Shown in pieces: positions 52,081 through 62,310 of a DNA stretch of 64,000 nt. Within the stretch, counting starts at the first letter, position 1, and every line of letters begins with the position of its first letter. The translations under genes were made by a program, and so were the position numbers. The notes under the pieces are model-generated. The model searched no databases. It had not been told where the DNA came from and worked only from the letters and a program-made list of their open reading frames with translations. This DNA comes from Octopus sinensis (taxonomy: Eukaryota): assembly GCF_006345805.1 (NCBI RefSeq), contig NC_043022.1, forward strand, positions 1,674,001-1,738,000, given 5' to 3'.

Positions 52081-52614
52081 TGAGTGAGAGAGCAGTTCAT
52101 GCCATCAAAGTGACACTGGGGTAAAATATACGAAGCCCAATACACCCATCATGACTACCCGTCTGATAAGGGTACACCAGGCACATGCATCACAACCATA
52201 TGTGCGCGACATGGTGATCTCATATCAAGATAAACAGCACATGACCTTGTAGGTGGGACCCAGTTAGAATTTTCTTCAGGTTGAGTAGCCCATCCCGCTC
52301 AAAAGGTCCCTGAATAAGGGTTGTTTAAGGATGTTGAAAGAACCACCCATGTTTCCAGAGGTGAATTATTCAAACCCCAAAGAATCCCTCTCAACACATG
52401 GCTATGATGCTCCCCCACTACTTCTGCTCGTGATCAGAGATGCATATATCGTCAGCCACTAAGGGACATGCTCAACTGGTTAAGGTCAAACAACTGACAA
52501 GCAAATCTGTGGTATTGAGCAGAATATTTGCTGTAGCCCATCTTTTATACCAAGACAAAACAATGTACATGATAACACTTCCAATCAGTTAAGATCAGGA
52601 GCCATGAGAGCCAC
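52081..52614 (-). mobile_element. Unclassified 534-bp retroposed segment ending in a (TAA)n tail
   Basis: Flanked by attgttattattattat (52064-52080, 52615-52631); minus strand ends ...ctctctcactca-ataataat. Single copy in this window and no ORF. Confidence 0.5.
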
Positions 52615-52767
52615 ATTGTTATTATTATTATCATTATTATTTTCATTATGTAAGGTGGAGAGCTGGCAGAACCATTAGCAGCATTTTGTCTGTCCGTGCG
52701 TTCTGAGCTTAAATTCCACCAAGCTCAAATTGCCTTTCATCCTTTCGGAGTTGATGAAATAAGTACC

Positions 52768-53182
52768 TATTTCTTTATTAGCCACAAGGGGCTAAACATA
52801 GAGAGGACAAACAAGGACAGACATAGGTATTAAGTCGATTACATCATCCCCAGTGCGTAACTGGTACTTAATTTATCGACCACGAAAGGTTGAAAGGCAA
52901 AGTCGACCTCGGCAGAATTTGAACCCACAATGTAACGACAGACGAAATACCTATTTCTTTACTACCCACAAGGGGCTAAACACAGAGAGGACAAACAAGG
53001 ACAGACATAGGTATTAAGTCGATTACATCATCCCCAGTGCGTAACTGGTACTTAATTTATCGACCCCGAAAGGATGAAAGGCAAAGTCGACCTCGGCGGA
53101 ATTTGAACTCACAACGTAACGACAGACGAAATACCGCTAAGCATTTCGCCCGGCGCACTAACGTTTCTGCCAGCTCACCGCC
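52768..53182 (-). mobile_element. Dimeric SINE family B inserted antisense in an older SINE B (52654-53275)
   Basis: TSD ttgatgaaataagtac on both sides; same aagaaata/ggtatttcgtc dimer junction as 50112/50113. Confidence 0.9.
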
Positions 53183-53494
53183 TTTTGATGAAATAAGTAC
53201 ACACTGAGGTTGATGTAATTGACTAGCCTCTCCCCCAACCTAAAATTTCAGGCCTTGTGCCTATAGTAGAGAAGATTATTATTATTTTTCCATGAGTAAC
53301 CTTTCGAAGTGCCTCCCCCTATTGGGAGTTTTACTTGTTATATATATTTTCGTTGTTATCCTGAATTTTTACATGGACCTTTCTATCGGACAAAACCCTT
53401 TGTAATTTTCGTCCTGTATTTGTCCTTACATGTTTCTTTGATTTTTGTTAGCCCTTGTGGCCAATAAACCAGAATTAATTATTATTATTATTAA

Positions 53495-53905
53495 GGTGGT
53501 GAGCTGGCAAAATTGTTAGCACACTGAATGAAAATGCTGAGCGGTATTTCGCCCATCGCTACGTTCTGAGTTCAAATTCTGCTGAGGTCCACTTTGCCAT
53601 TCATTCTTTCAGGGTCGATGTAATCGATTAGTCCCCCTCCTTGCAAAATTTCAGGCCTTCTGCTTATAGTAGAAAGGATTATTATTATTATTATTATTAT
53701 GGCAGTCAGCTAGCAGAATTATTAGCACACTAGACGAAAATGCCTAGTGGTATTTCACCTGTCAAAGTTCAAATTCTGCCAAGGTTGACTTGGCCGTTCA
53801 TCCTTTCAGGGTTGATAAATTAAGTACCAGTGAAACACTGGGGTGGTTTTAATCAACTGGTACCCTCCCCCAAAATTTCAGGCCTTGTGTCTATGGCAAG
53901 AAGGA
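53495..53905 (+). mobile_element. Two tandem SINE B older-tail copies separated by (ATT)n
   Basis: 53495-53680 and 53701-53905. Confidence 0.8.
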
Positions 53906-54879
53906 TTATTATTATTAATTGAAAGATGGGTGAATGCGGCAAGAATGGTTTGAGAGAACAGGCCTACACTAAGCATGCACCTGTAAGTTGAAGAAAGACA
54001 AGGTGAAGAGGGCACTTGCCCTGGTGGCTGTGGGTTTTGTGGGGTCTCAACGAGCAACCCTGGGAAGTCCCCCTTTTTTTGGGAAATTGTTAAAATTTAT
54101 ATTGTTGCTGCTTTTTTTTTTATTTTTTATTTTTTTTTACTTTTTACACACTTTTTATATAACCCCACATTATATAGTCTGGTACTGTCCCCAATGTTTT
54201 TTGTGAGCCCTTTGGGGTTAATAAAAACATTACGGTTCTGTTGTTGGCCTGATTTTGTCAACCCATTGATGCTGTCTCCCCACCCATCCACCCTCATTAT
54301 ACAAGATATGAAGTACTTACAAGTTGTAATTAAGTGACAATTAACTGAAGAATGACAACACTATAGCACTTAATGGATTTAAGCCTGTTTGTGAAGAGTT
54401 CTTTTCCCTATACAAAGCCCGAGGTCAACCTCGCCCAAGCAGACACGACCAAAGACGTTGCAAAGCAGGACCGTCCCAGCAGAGAACCCATCACATGATC
54501 CAGCATGCAAGTCCATCTTTGGAGACTTGACTGCTCTTTCTAGCAAATCGAGCGACCACTTAAAATATCTTTTGTTGGCGCTTATATGCTTATGTCATTG
54601 AAATAATAAGCAGTCACTTCCTGGCACCGCCTGCCTTCCCCCCGACACCTCCTTTCCTTCACTAAATATCTGCCATTCGATGGCCTTCAACACTGGCTCT
54701 TGTGTTTTATACAGGTTTTTTTTCTTCTTTATTTTAAATTTCTTTTACTATTTTACATCCAATTTTCAATGCTAAAAATGGGCGGAATGACAGAATGACA
54801 TTATTTGAAAGGTTTTTGATAAAGAAGTCACAAAATTTGCATAATGTCAAAGCATATTCTGTATTTTACAGGCTAAACA

Positions 54880-55350
54880 GCATGGCCGAGCAGTAAGAAA
54901 GAAGCTTGCTTTCCAACCACATGGTTCCAGGTTCAGTCCCACTGTGTGGCACCTTGGGCAAATGTCTTTATCTTCTACTATAACTTCAGGCTGACCAAAG
55001 CTATGTGAGTGAATTTGGTAGACGGAAACTGAAAGAAGCCCATTGTGTGAATGTTTGTGTTTTTGTGTCTGTCCCTTGACTATTGCTTGACAAATGGTGT
55101 TTATAAGTTTACATCCCTGTAACTTAGTGGATTGGCCAAAGAAACTGATATAAGTACCAAGCTTTCTTTGGCCAATCCACTAAGTTATAGGGATGTAAAC
55201 TTATAAACACCATTTGTCAAGCAATGGTCAAGGGACAGACACAAAGACACAAACATTCACACAATGGGCTTCTTTCAGTTTCCGTCTACCAAATCCACTC
55301 ACCAGATTCAATTCATTCTTCAAGACACTGCTCCAGCTTGGCCACAAGTA
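54880..55350 (+). mobile_element. SINE family A containing a 140-bp inverted duplication
   Basis: Arms 55005-55144 and 55163-55302. Confidence 0.85.
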
Positions 55351-55720
55351 AATGATAAAAAATGCCGCTCCAACTGTCAGCTGTTCAGTGCAAGAAATAA
55401 ACGCAGATGAGACAGGGTTTCATGGGTTGTTCTTTTGTAATCAGGAAAACCGAGATGGAGTAGAACCATCTCATATTCCGCACAAGGATACAGCAACACA
55501 ATGGAACTCTTGTCACACTGAACTCGTGATCTTGTCATAAGTATCTCAACTACTTAGTCATTTAATCGTCATCGTCATCATCACTTAATGTCTGCTTTCC
55601 AAGGACAGATTGATAAGATTCAACAAGCTCAAGGTCTCCATAGAACTCCAAACTTCTTCATGTGGAGGGGTTGACATAGTTTTCTCTGATTAAAAACTAT
55701 GTCAACCCCTCCACATGAAG

Positions 55721-55880
55721 GAGGTGAAAAAAAAGAGTACTCAAATACCATTCTAGCAAAAACTGTCTGATGAACGGCAACGAGAAACTCAGAGTAACAG
55801 ATTTTGTTGAATTTTCTGCTGCTTTAAATAAAGCATATTACTCTACCACTGGTATTTGAGTACTCTTTTTTTCCACCTCC
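55721..55880 (+). mobile_element. Penelope-like end fragment with hammerhead motif and inverted junction
   Basis: 70-bp inverted repeat 55681-55750 / 55850-55919; 28-bp direct repeat 55656-55683 / 55880-55907. Confidence 0.65.
55759..55805 (+). ncRNA. Minimal type I hammerhead ribozyme motif
   Basis: aaaactgt CTGATGA a cg GCAA cg a GAA ACTCAGAGT A acag a tttt. Stem II is 2 bp with a GNRA loop, stem III is pseudo-palindromic, GUA triplet. Confidence 0.7.
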
Positions 55881-55923
55881 TTCATGTGGAGGGGTTGACA
55901 TAGTTTTTAATCAGAGAAATTAA

Positions 55924-56118
55924 CCGGGCGAAATGCTTAGCAGTATTTCGTCTGCTGGTATTTTGCTCCGAGTTCAAACTCCGCCGAAGTCGGCTTTGAC
56001 TCTCATCCTTTCGGAGTCGATTTAATAAGTACCAGCTGCGCACTGGGGTCAATGTAATCAACTTAAACCCTTTGTCTGTCCTTGTTTGTCTCCTCTATGT
56101 TCAGCCCCCTGTGGGCAA
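55924..56118 (+). mobile_element. SINE family B, 5' truncated
   Basis: ccgggcgaaatgcttagc...ttcagccccctgtggg. Confidence 0.8.
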
Positions 56119-56381
56119 GATTTTATTTAACTTGCTGATTGAGGGCAAATGGGCAGTGCCCACAGCCTTTGCAGGATCTCTGAGACAGAAGAAATCCCTG
56201 CCATTAATGCTACACTTAACCCTTTAGCATTTAAACTGACCATATCTAGCCAAAATATTCCACGTTATATGTTCTAACTGGCCAGATCTAGCTTCTCACA
56301 CCGACCTTGGTCATGGAACGAATTAAACTCATACTGTGAGGTACCACTGTATTAAGAAAATGTGAAAAATCCTGACAATAT

Positions 56382-56551
56382 AGGCGTCGGCGTGGCTGTG
56401 TGGTAAGTAGCTTGCTTACCAACCACATGGTTCCAGGTTCAGTCCCACTGCATGACACCTTAGGAAAGTGTCTTCTACTATAGCCTCGGGCTGACTAAAG
56501 CCCTTGTGTATGGATTTGGTAGATGGAAACTGAAAAAAGCCTGTCGTAAAG

Positions 56552-56587
<36 letters not shown>

Positions 56588-56792
56588 CGAGTATGTGTTT
56601 GTCCCCACACCATCACCATTGCTTGACAACCGATGCTGGTGTGTCCACGTCCCCATAACTTAGCGCTTCGGCAAAACAGACCGATAGAATAAGTACCAGG
56701 CTTACAAAGAATAAGTCCTGGGGTCAGTTTGTTCAACTAAAGGTGGTGCTCCAGTATGGTCGCAGTCAAATCACTGAAACAAATAAAAGAGA
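56382..56792 (+). mobile_element. SINE family A, full length
   Basis: Near-consensus copy. Confidence 0.9.
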
Positions 56793-57270
56793 ATGTAAAA
56801 ATCCATTTTCAACAACACACAAACACACATTTTGTTGTACGCATGTGGGGCCAGAAGAAGCACCACTACTATATACACTCCTTCGAATGTATACAGCAGT
56901 GCGGAGTCCACAGAAAGACTTTTTTGTTTTGGCATTCTTTTACTTATTCATTCTTTTCAGTGGGTGGACCGCAGCCATGCTGGAGCACTGCCTGATGGGA
57001 TGATGGCAAGTTTTTATGTTAGAAATGACTGATCGAGTGATTCACTGAAGCAGACACTGTCATTGGTTGGTTACAAGTTGTTGTCAGGGTGAATGACTTG
57101 AACAGGAGGAGAAGGTGGAGGGGTTGACGCTGGAATCAACAATTGATTTCAGAATGGCCATACACACACTACACACACAAGGTATGTATGTACATGCAAC
57201 ACAAACCAAGCATAGATACGTGCACAAACACAGAGGGAGGGAGGGAGATATATATATATATATATATATA

Positions 57271-57517
57271 GTGACGTATATTTGCCATTTGAATATGGCT
57301 AACCCCTAAGGCTGGATGCTACTGTAGTTTGTAGCCCCAGGAGGACACCTCCTCCAGCTGGCTATAGACACACTTTCTGTGCCCTATCAGTATCTGCGAA
57401 GGGAAGCCATCCTTCCCGTCTTCAACTTATGATACACACAGACTCGAGTTTCAGGGTATTGATCCATCATCGGCGTGTGACAATCACAGTTGTCGACGAG
57501 AAGTCGGTTCCCTTCAC
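57271..57517 (-). mobile_element. 247-bp element embedded in (TA)n carrying a rod-like hammerhead domain
   Basis: GTGA...TCAC ends between (TA)n tracts; 57398-57432 pairs with 57484-57515; left part homologous to the core of 1695-1959. Confidence 0.6.
57435..57479 (-). ncRNA. Type I hammerhead ribozyme motif (U4C core variant)
   Basis: Minus: cacacg CCGATGA tgg atcaata ccct GAA ACTCGAGT C tgtgtg. 6-bp stem I, perfect 8-nt palindromic stem III, GUC triplet. Confidence 0.65.
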
Positions 57518-57757
57518 AATATATATATATATAATCAAAATAAGCAACAAGGCTATCCAAGGTAGTGTACTACAATACCTTGGATATCCTTGTTGCTTAT
57601 TTTGATTATAATCACCCAATTTGATTTATATGGATAATACCACACCAAATTCTGGTGCCTTTAACTTAAGTACCATATTCAACTGAATCTAAATCTTGCT
57701 GAACTTACATATATATATATAGTTTACAATTTGTAGGAAAAATCCTTATTCAATTTT

Positions 57758-57843
<86 letters not shown>

Positions 57844-58321
57844 TAGTATAAAAGTTACAAAAAAGATTATTTCGCATTGCTGGCCAATAATTTCAAAATG
57901 TGATGGTGGTAGTAGCAGCAGCAGCAGCTGTGACAGAGAGTGGTGCATCATCATCATCCGGTATCTTCATAAAGGTTCACATTATGACATATTGGTAAAC
58001 AATTCCTCACAACAAAACGTTTCATTGTGAGGAATATTTGATAAGTTTTTGGAAATATTGACCAGGAATTAACCGAGTAAACAGTTTCATCTAAATGACG
58101 TAAAGTAGTAGCAGTAATAGTAGTAGTAGTAATCTCCTTCATAGGATCACTACTGTCATTATTATCATTATTTTTTTCCCTAATATTATTAGTCTTGTTT
58201 ACACACAAAACCCTCAAAACTACAAACACACTTAAAAAATTTTTTTTTTTTGTTTTGTCCATAACGCTTTCCTTCATGTAAACCCTTCTGGTTAATAAAG
58301 AAATTATTATTATTATTATTA

Positions 58322-58720
58322 TAGAATCGTTAGCACGCCGGGTGAAATCCTTAGCGGTATTTTGTCTGTTGCTACGTTCTGAGTTCAAATTCCGCCAAGG
58401 TCAACTTTATGTTTCATCCTTTCAGAGTCGATAAATTAAGTATCAATTGTGTACTGGGGGTCGATGTAATTGACTCATTCCCTCCCACCAAATTGCTGCC
58501 CTTGTGGAAAAATTTGAAACCATTATTATTATAGAATCGTTAGTACGCCAGGTGAAGTGCTTAGCGGTATTTTGTCCGAGTTCAAATTCCACCGAAGTCC
58601 ACTTCGCCTTCCATTTTTGGGGGGTTGATAAATTAAGTAGCAGTGAAACGCTGGGGTTGATGTAATCGACTCATCCCCACCGCCCTCAAAATGGCTGCCC
58701 CTGTGGCAAAATTTGAAACC
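58322..58720 (+). mobile_element. Two tandem SINE B older-tail copies separated by (ATT)n
   Basis: 58322-58520 and 58533-58720, both start atagaatcgttag. Confidence 0.8.
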
Positions 58721-59345
58721 ATTATTGTTGTTGCTGTTGTCATCCTTGAATAAGAAATTATATTCCAATTACAAAGGTTATTTCTTGAAATAAGTAGAAA
58801 CTCATTTAGACCAAATAGTCCTAATTAAATTAGATGAGAAATAAATTAATGGAAAAGAGAGAGAGAGAGGACAAAAGAGAAGGGGCAAGTGAGAGCAAGA
58901 GGGCAGAGAGGAGAAAAAGAGGGGCAAGAAAAGAGAGAGTGAAGTGAGAGAGAATAGAAAAAAGGCAAGAAAAGAGAGGTGAGAGAGAGGAAAAAAGGAG
59001 GGGCAAGAGAGGAGAGAGTGAAGTGAGAGAAAGGAGAGAAATAGGGGCAAGAAAGAGGTGAGTGAGGTGGGGGTTGCAATAGATTTGATAGAAGTTAGAT
59101 AAATAAGTAGATAGAGAAACCATCAGAGACAGATTTTGGTCAGTATTGGGGGGGGGGGATATTCTGATTTTTAGCAACCATTTTTGTTTTTTTTACTTCT
59201 TTATGCTTGAATTAGTTTTCAAAATAATCAAACGTTTGGAAAGAATTACTAAAATAACAAATTCCTCCATCGTTTAGTTGGTGTTTGGAACAAAAATTCA
59301 CAAGAGATGCTTACATATAATATCAGTAGAACATTTACATTTATA

Positions 59346-60092
59346 CGAGGTCTGATCAATAAGGTAACCAGACAGTTGCCATAGTAACGAAGCTTAAGCA
59401 TGCAGAGTAAAGCCGCACGGCAAAGATTAACTTTGATCTCTACAGTGCATGTGCACTAAGTCTTAACATTCTAGCACACTTCCGCTGTTTACAGCAGTGC
59501 TTGGAAGGAAGACGTGTAGCGTGTGGCTGTCGCATTGGCCATGACAGAGAAAGTTGTCATGACGATACCTGCTCAGAGGCTTATGCAAAGTTACAGAAAG
59601 TGTATGGAGAGGGGTGTGAGAGCCACACACAAGTGTATGAGTGGTTCAGATGTTTCCAGGATGGCTGAAAAAATATCAATATTGATGAACATTCTGGAAG
59701 ACCCGCAACCAGCAGAACAGAAAAAACGTCGCAGATGTGTGTGTGCAGCTGTGAGGGGAAATCGTCGAATCACCCATCCGTGAGTTATCAGAGGATGTGC
59801 AGATTAGTTACAGTTCAGTTCAGTCCATTATCACTGAAGAATTGAGTATGAGACACGTGTGTACCAAGTTTGTAGCAAAACTGCTTTCAGCTGACCAAAA
59901 AAGACTCAGGTTTCAGTTGCGCAAGATCTCCTTGATTGTGTTGAGGACAACGAAATCTCTTTGAAAACTTTGCGTCGGCCTCTGAGCAGGTACCACCAAG
60001 CTTTTAGCAAAATTTGATGCGATTCTCTGCTCAACTTTCTGTTATGGTCAATGTGACAATCACATGCTACACACCTTCCTTCCAAGCACTGC
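59346..60092 (+). mobile_element. Internally deleted Tc1/mariner element (transposase N-terminal pseudogene)
   Basis: TA-cgaggtctgatcaataag terminus. Frames give MTEKV..SEAYAKLQKVYGE..QVYEWFRCFQDG*KNINIDEHSGRP..RRIT/IRELSEDVQISYSSVQSIITEELSMRHVCTKFVAKLLS (HTH domains and a WVPxxL-like linker). Confidence 0.85.
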
Positions 60093-60424
60093 CCCCAAGA
60101 CTGATATGACTAGGCACCAGAGCATCGAAAGAATATTAGGTATGACATACTAGAGTCCTATTCAAGGTGGTTTACCTCATGTCTGCTGGAAACCATAAAA
60201 CAGGAGAAAATTTTTAGGATTCAGAAAAATTCCTTGAAGATTCTTGGTTTTTAAAAAATTTTTGGAAATGTTTCCATTTTTACATATTTGTGCAGCAAAG
60301 CATGGTCAAGGGATTAGGGTTAAGCACCATGCTCTCTGGTTAATGGTTTGGCAAAACTGACCAATAGATCAAGTACCAGGCCTTAACAAAAAAAAATGTA
60401 CTGGGATCAGTTCACTTGGTTATC

Positions 60425-60627
60425 TCTCTAGCATTCAAACTGGCTGTATCAGGCCGAAATATTGTACCCGTTTCATGTTCAAATTGACCAGATCAGGCCT
60501 CTCACACCTACCTTACAAAGTCATTCTACAAATTAATGATCACATCAAAATTCCAAAGATAACGCCTGATTAATGTGAATGAATAAGCATTACATTCGAC
60601 AAAGTAATCTGAATGCTAAAGGGCTAA
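60425..60627. mobile_element. piggyBac-like MITE family P1
   Basis: tctagcattcaaac...ctgaatgctaaagggctaa. Confidence 0.75.
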
Positions 60628-61363
60628 AATGCTTCAAAGCCATGCCCCAGCATGGCCACAGACTTATGACTGAAGCGTGTAAAAAATAAAAGACACCAGT
60701 TAAATACGGACGGTGGGGAGGGGCAGCAAAATAGATTAAACCCTTTTCCTCAAATTTTCTAGCCTTGACCGGTACTTCATTCAAATGCCCCAGCTGAATG
60801 GCAGAGTGAACCAACCAACCAACCCTGGTGGGATTTGAACTCAGGCCTGCAGCAGAGAGTTGGAACAAACACTGCTAGACATTACTACCTCCTGTTCTAA
60901 CCAATCCACAGCAGCACTGACGGGGTTTTATTTCTGACTAATCACATCATCTGAACTTTGCTCTTTTGCAGGGGGAGAAGAGAAAAAGTTCATCTTCGGC
61001 AGCAGCAACAGTAGTAGCAGTAATAATAGTTATAGTAGTAGTTGTAGTAGTAGTAGTAGTAGATTATGAGAACTTTAATAGACTGCCTCAATTTGTCAGT
61101 CCATTAGAAGTGTACTAAGCCTCGGCCAATCTTACTTATATGTAAGCCCTGCTGCTGCTGCTGTTGTGGCATTCACTGCGGTCACACACAATGGAAGAAT
61201 ACAATCAATAGCAGGAGATTGTATCCAGCACAGTCCATTGATAAAATACACACATGAATCAGAGATTTCCCAGCAACAAGAAACATGGCAATTTATATAC
61301 ATACATGCATACACACACACACACAGACATATACACACACACACATATATATACACACACACA

Positions 61364-61395
<32 letters not shown>

Positions 61396-61459
61396 TACAC
61401 ACACATATACACACACACACATATATACACACATATATATACACACACATATATATACA

Positions 61460-61499
<40 letters not shown>

Positions 61500-61929
61500 C
61501 ACACATATATATATACACATATATATATACACACACACACATATATATACACACACACACATATATATATGTATAGCAAAAGAGAGACTCAACTGACACT
61601 TTGGTGTGGAGCATGAAGAGAGAGAGAGAGAAAGAGGAACTGGATGGATTAGTATATTAGAAAGAGAATGGTAATATGAGATGGAGGGTGGTGGGGGGGA
61701 AGAAAGAATGCAGGGTGGTGGTGGTGGTGGTTGGGGGGAATAGAGTAAAATAAAAGAGCTGGGGAATGAAAGGGAGAGAATAAGTGGGGAGTGGGGGTAG
61801 AGTGGAAAGAGAGAGAGTGATGAGTGAGTTGGAGGGATCAGAAAATGGATGAGAGAGAGAGAAAAGAGAATAGAGGAAGAAGTGATAGTGAAAAGTGACA
61901 GAACAGATAAAGGCAGAAGTGGTGGAGAA

Positions 61930-62310
61930 AGAGGGAGAGAAAGAGGGAGAGAAAGAGGGGGAGAGAGAGAAAGAGGGGGAGAGAGAAAAGAAAGGGGAAG
62001 AGAGAAAAGAAAGGGGAAGAGAGAAAAGAAAGGGGAAGAGAGAAAAGAAAGGGAAAGAGAAAAGAAAGGATTGAGAGAAAAGGGGGAGAGAGAGAAAAGA
62101 GAGGGAAAGAGAAAAGAAAGGGATTGAGAGAAAAGGGGGAGAGAGAGAAAAGAGAGGGGGAGAGAGAAAAGAAAGGGGAAGAGAGAAAAGAAAGGGGATG
62201 AGAGAAAAGAAAGGGAAAGAGAGAAAAGAAAGGGAAAGAGAGAAAAGAAAGGGAAAGAGAGAAAAGAAAGGGAAAGAGAGAAAAGAAAGAGAGAGAGAGA
62301 GAGAGAAAAA
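61930..62310. repeat. Purine-rich ~18-bp minisatellite gagagaaaagaaagggga
   Basis: Directly visible. Confidence 0.9.
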
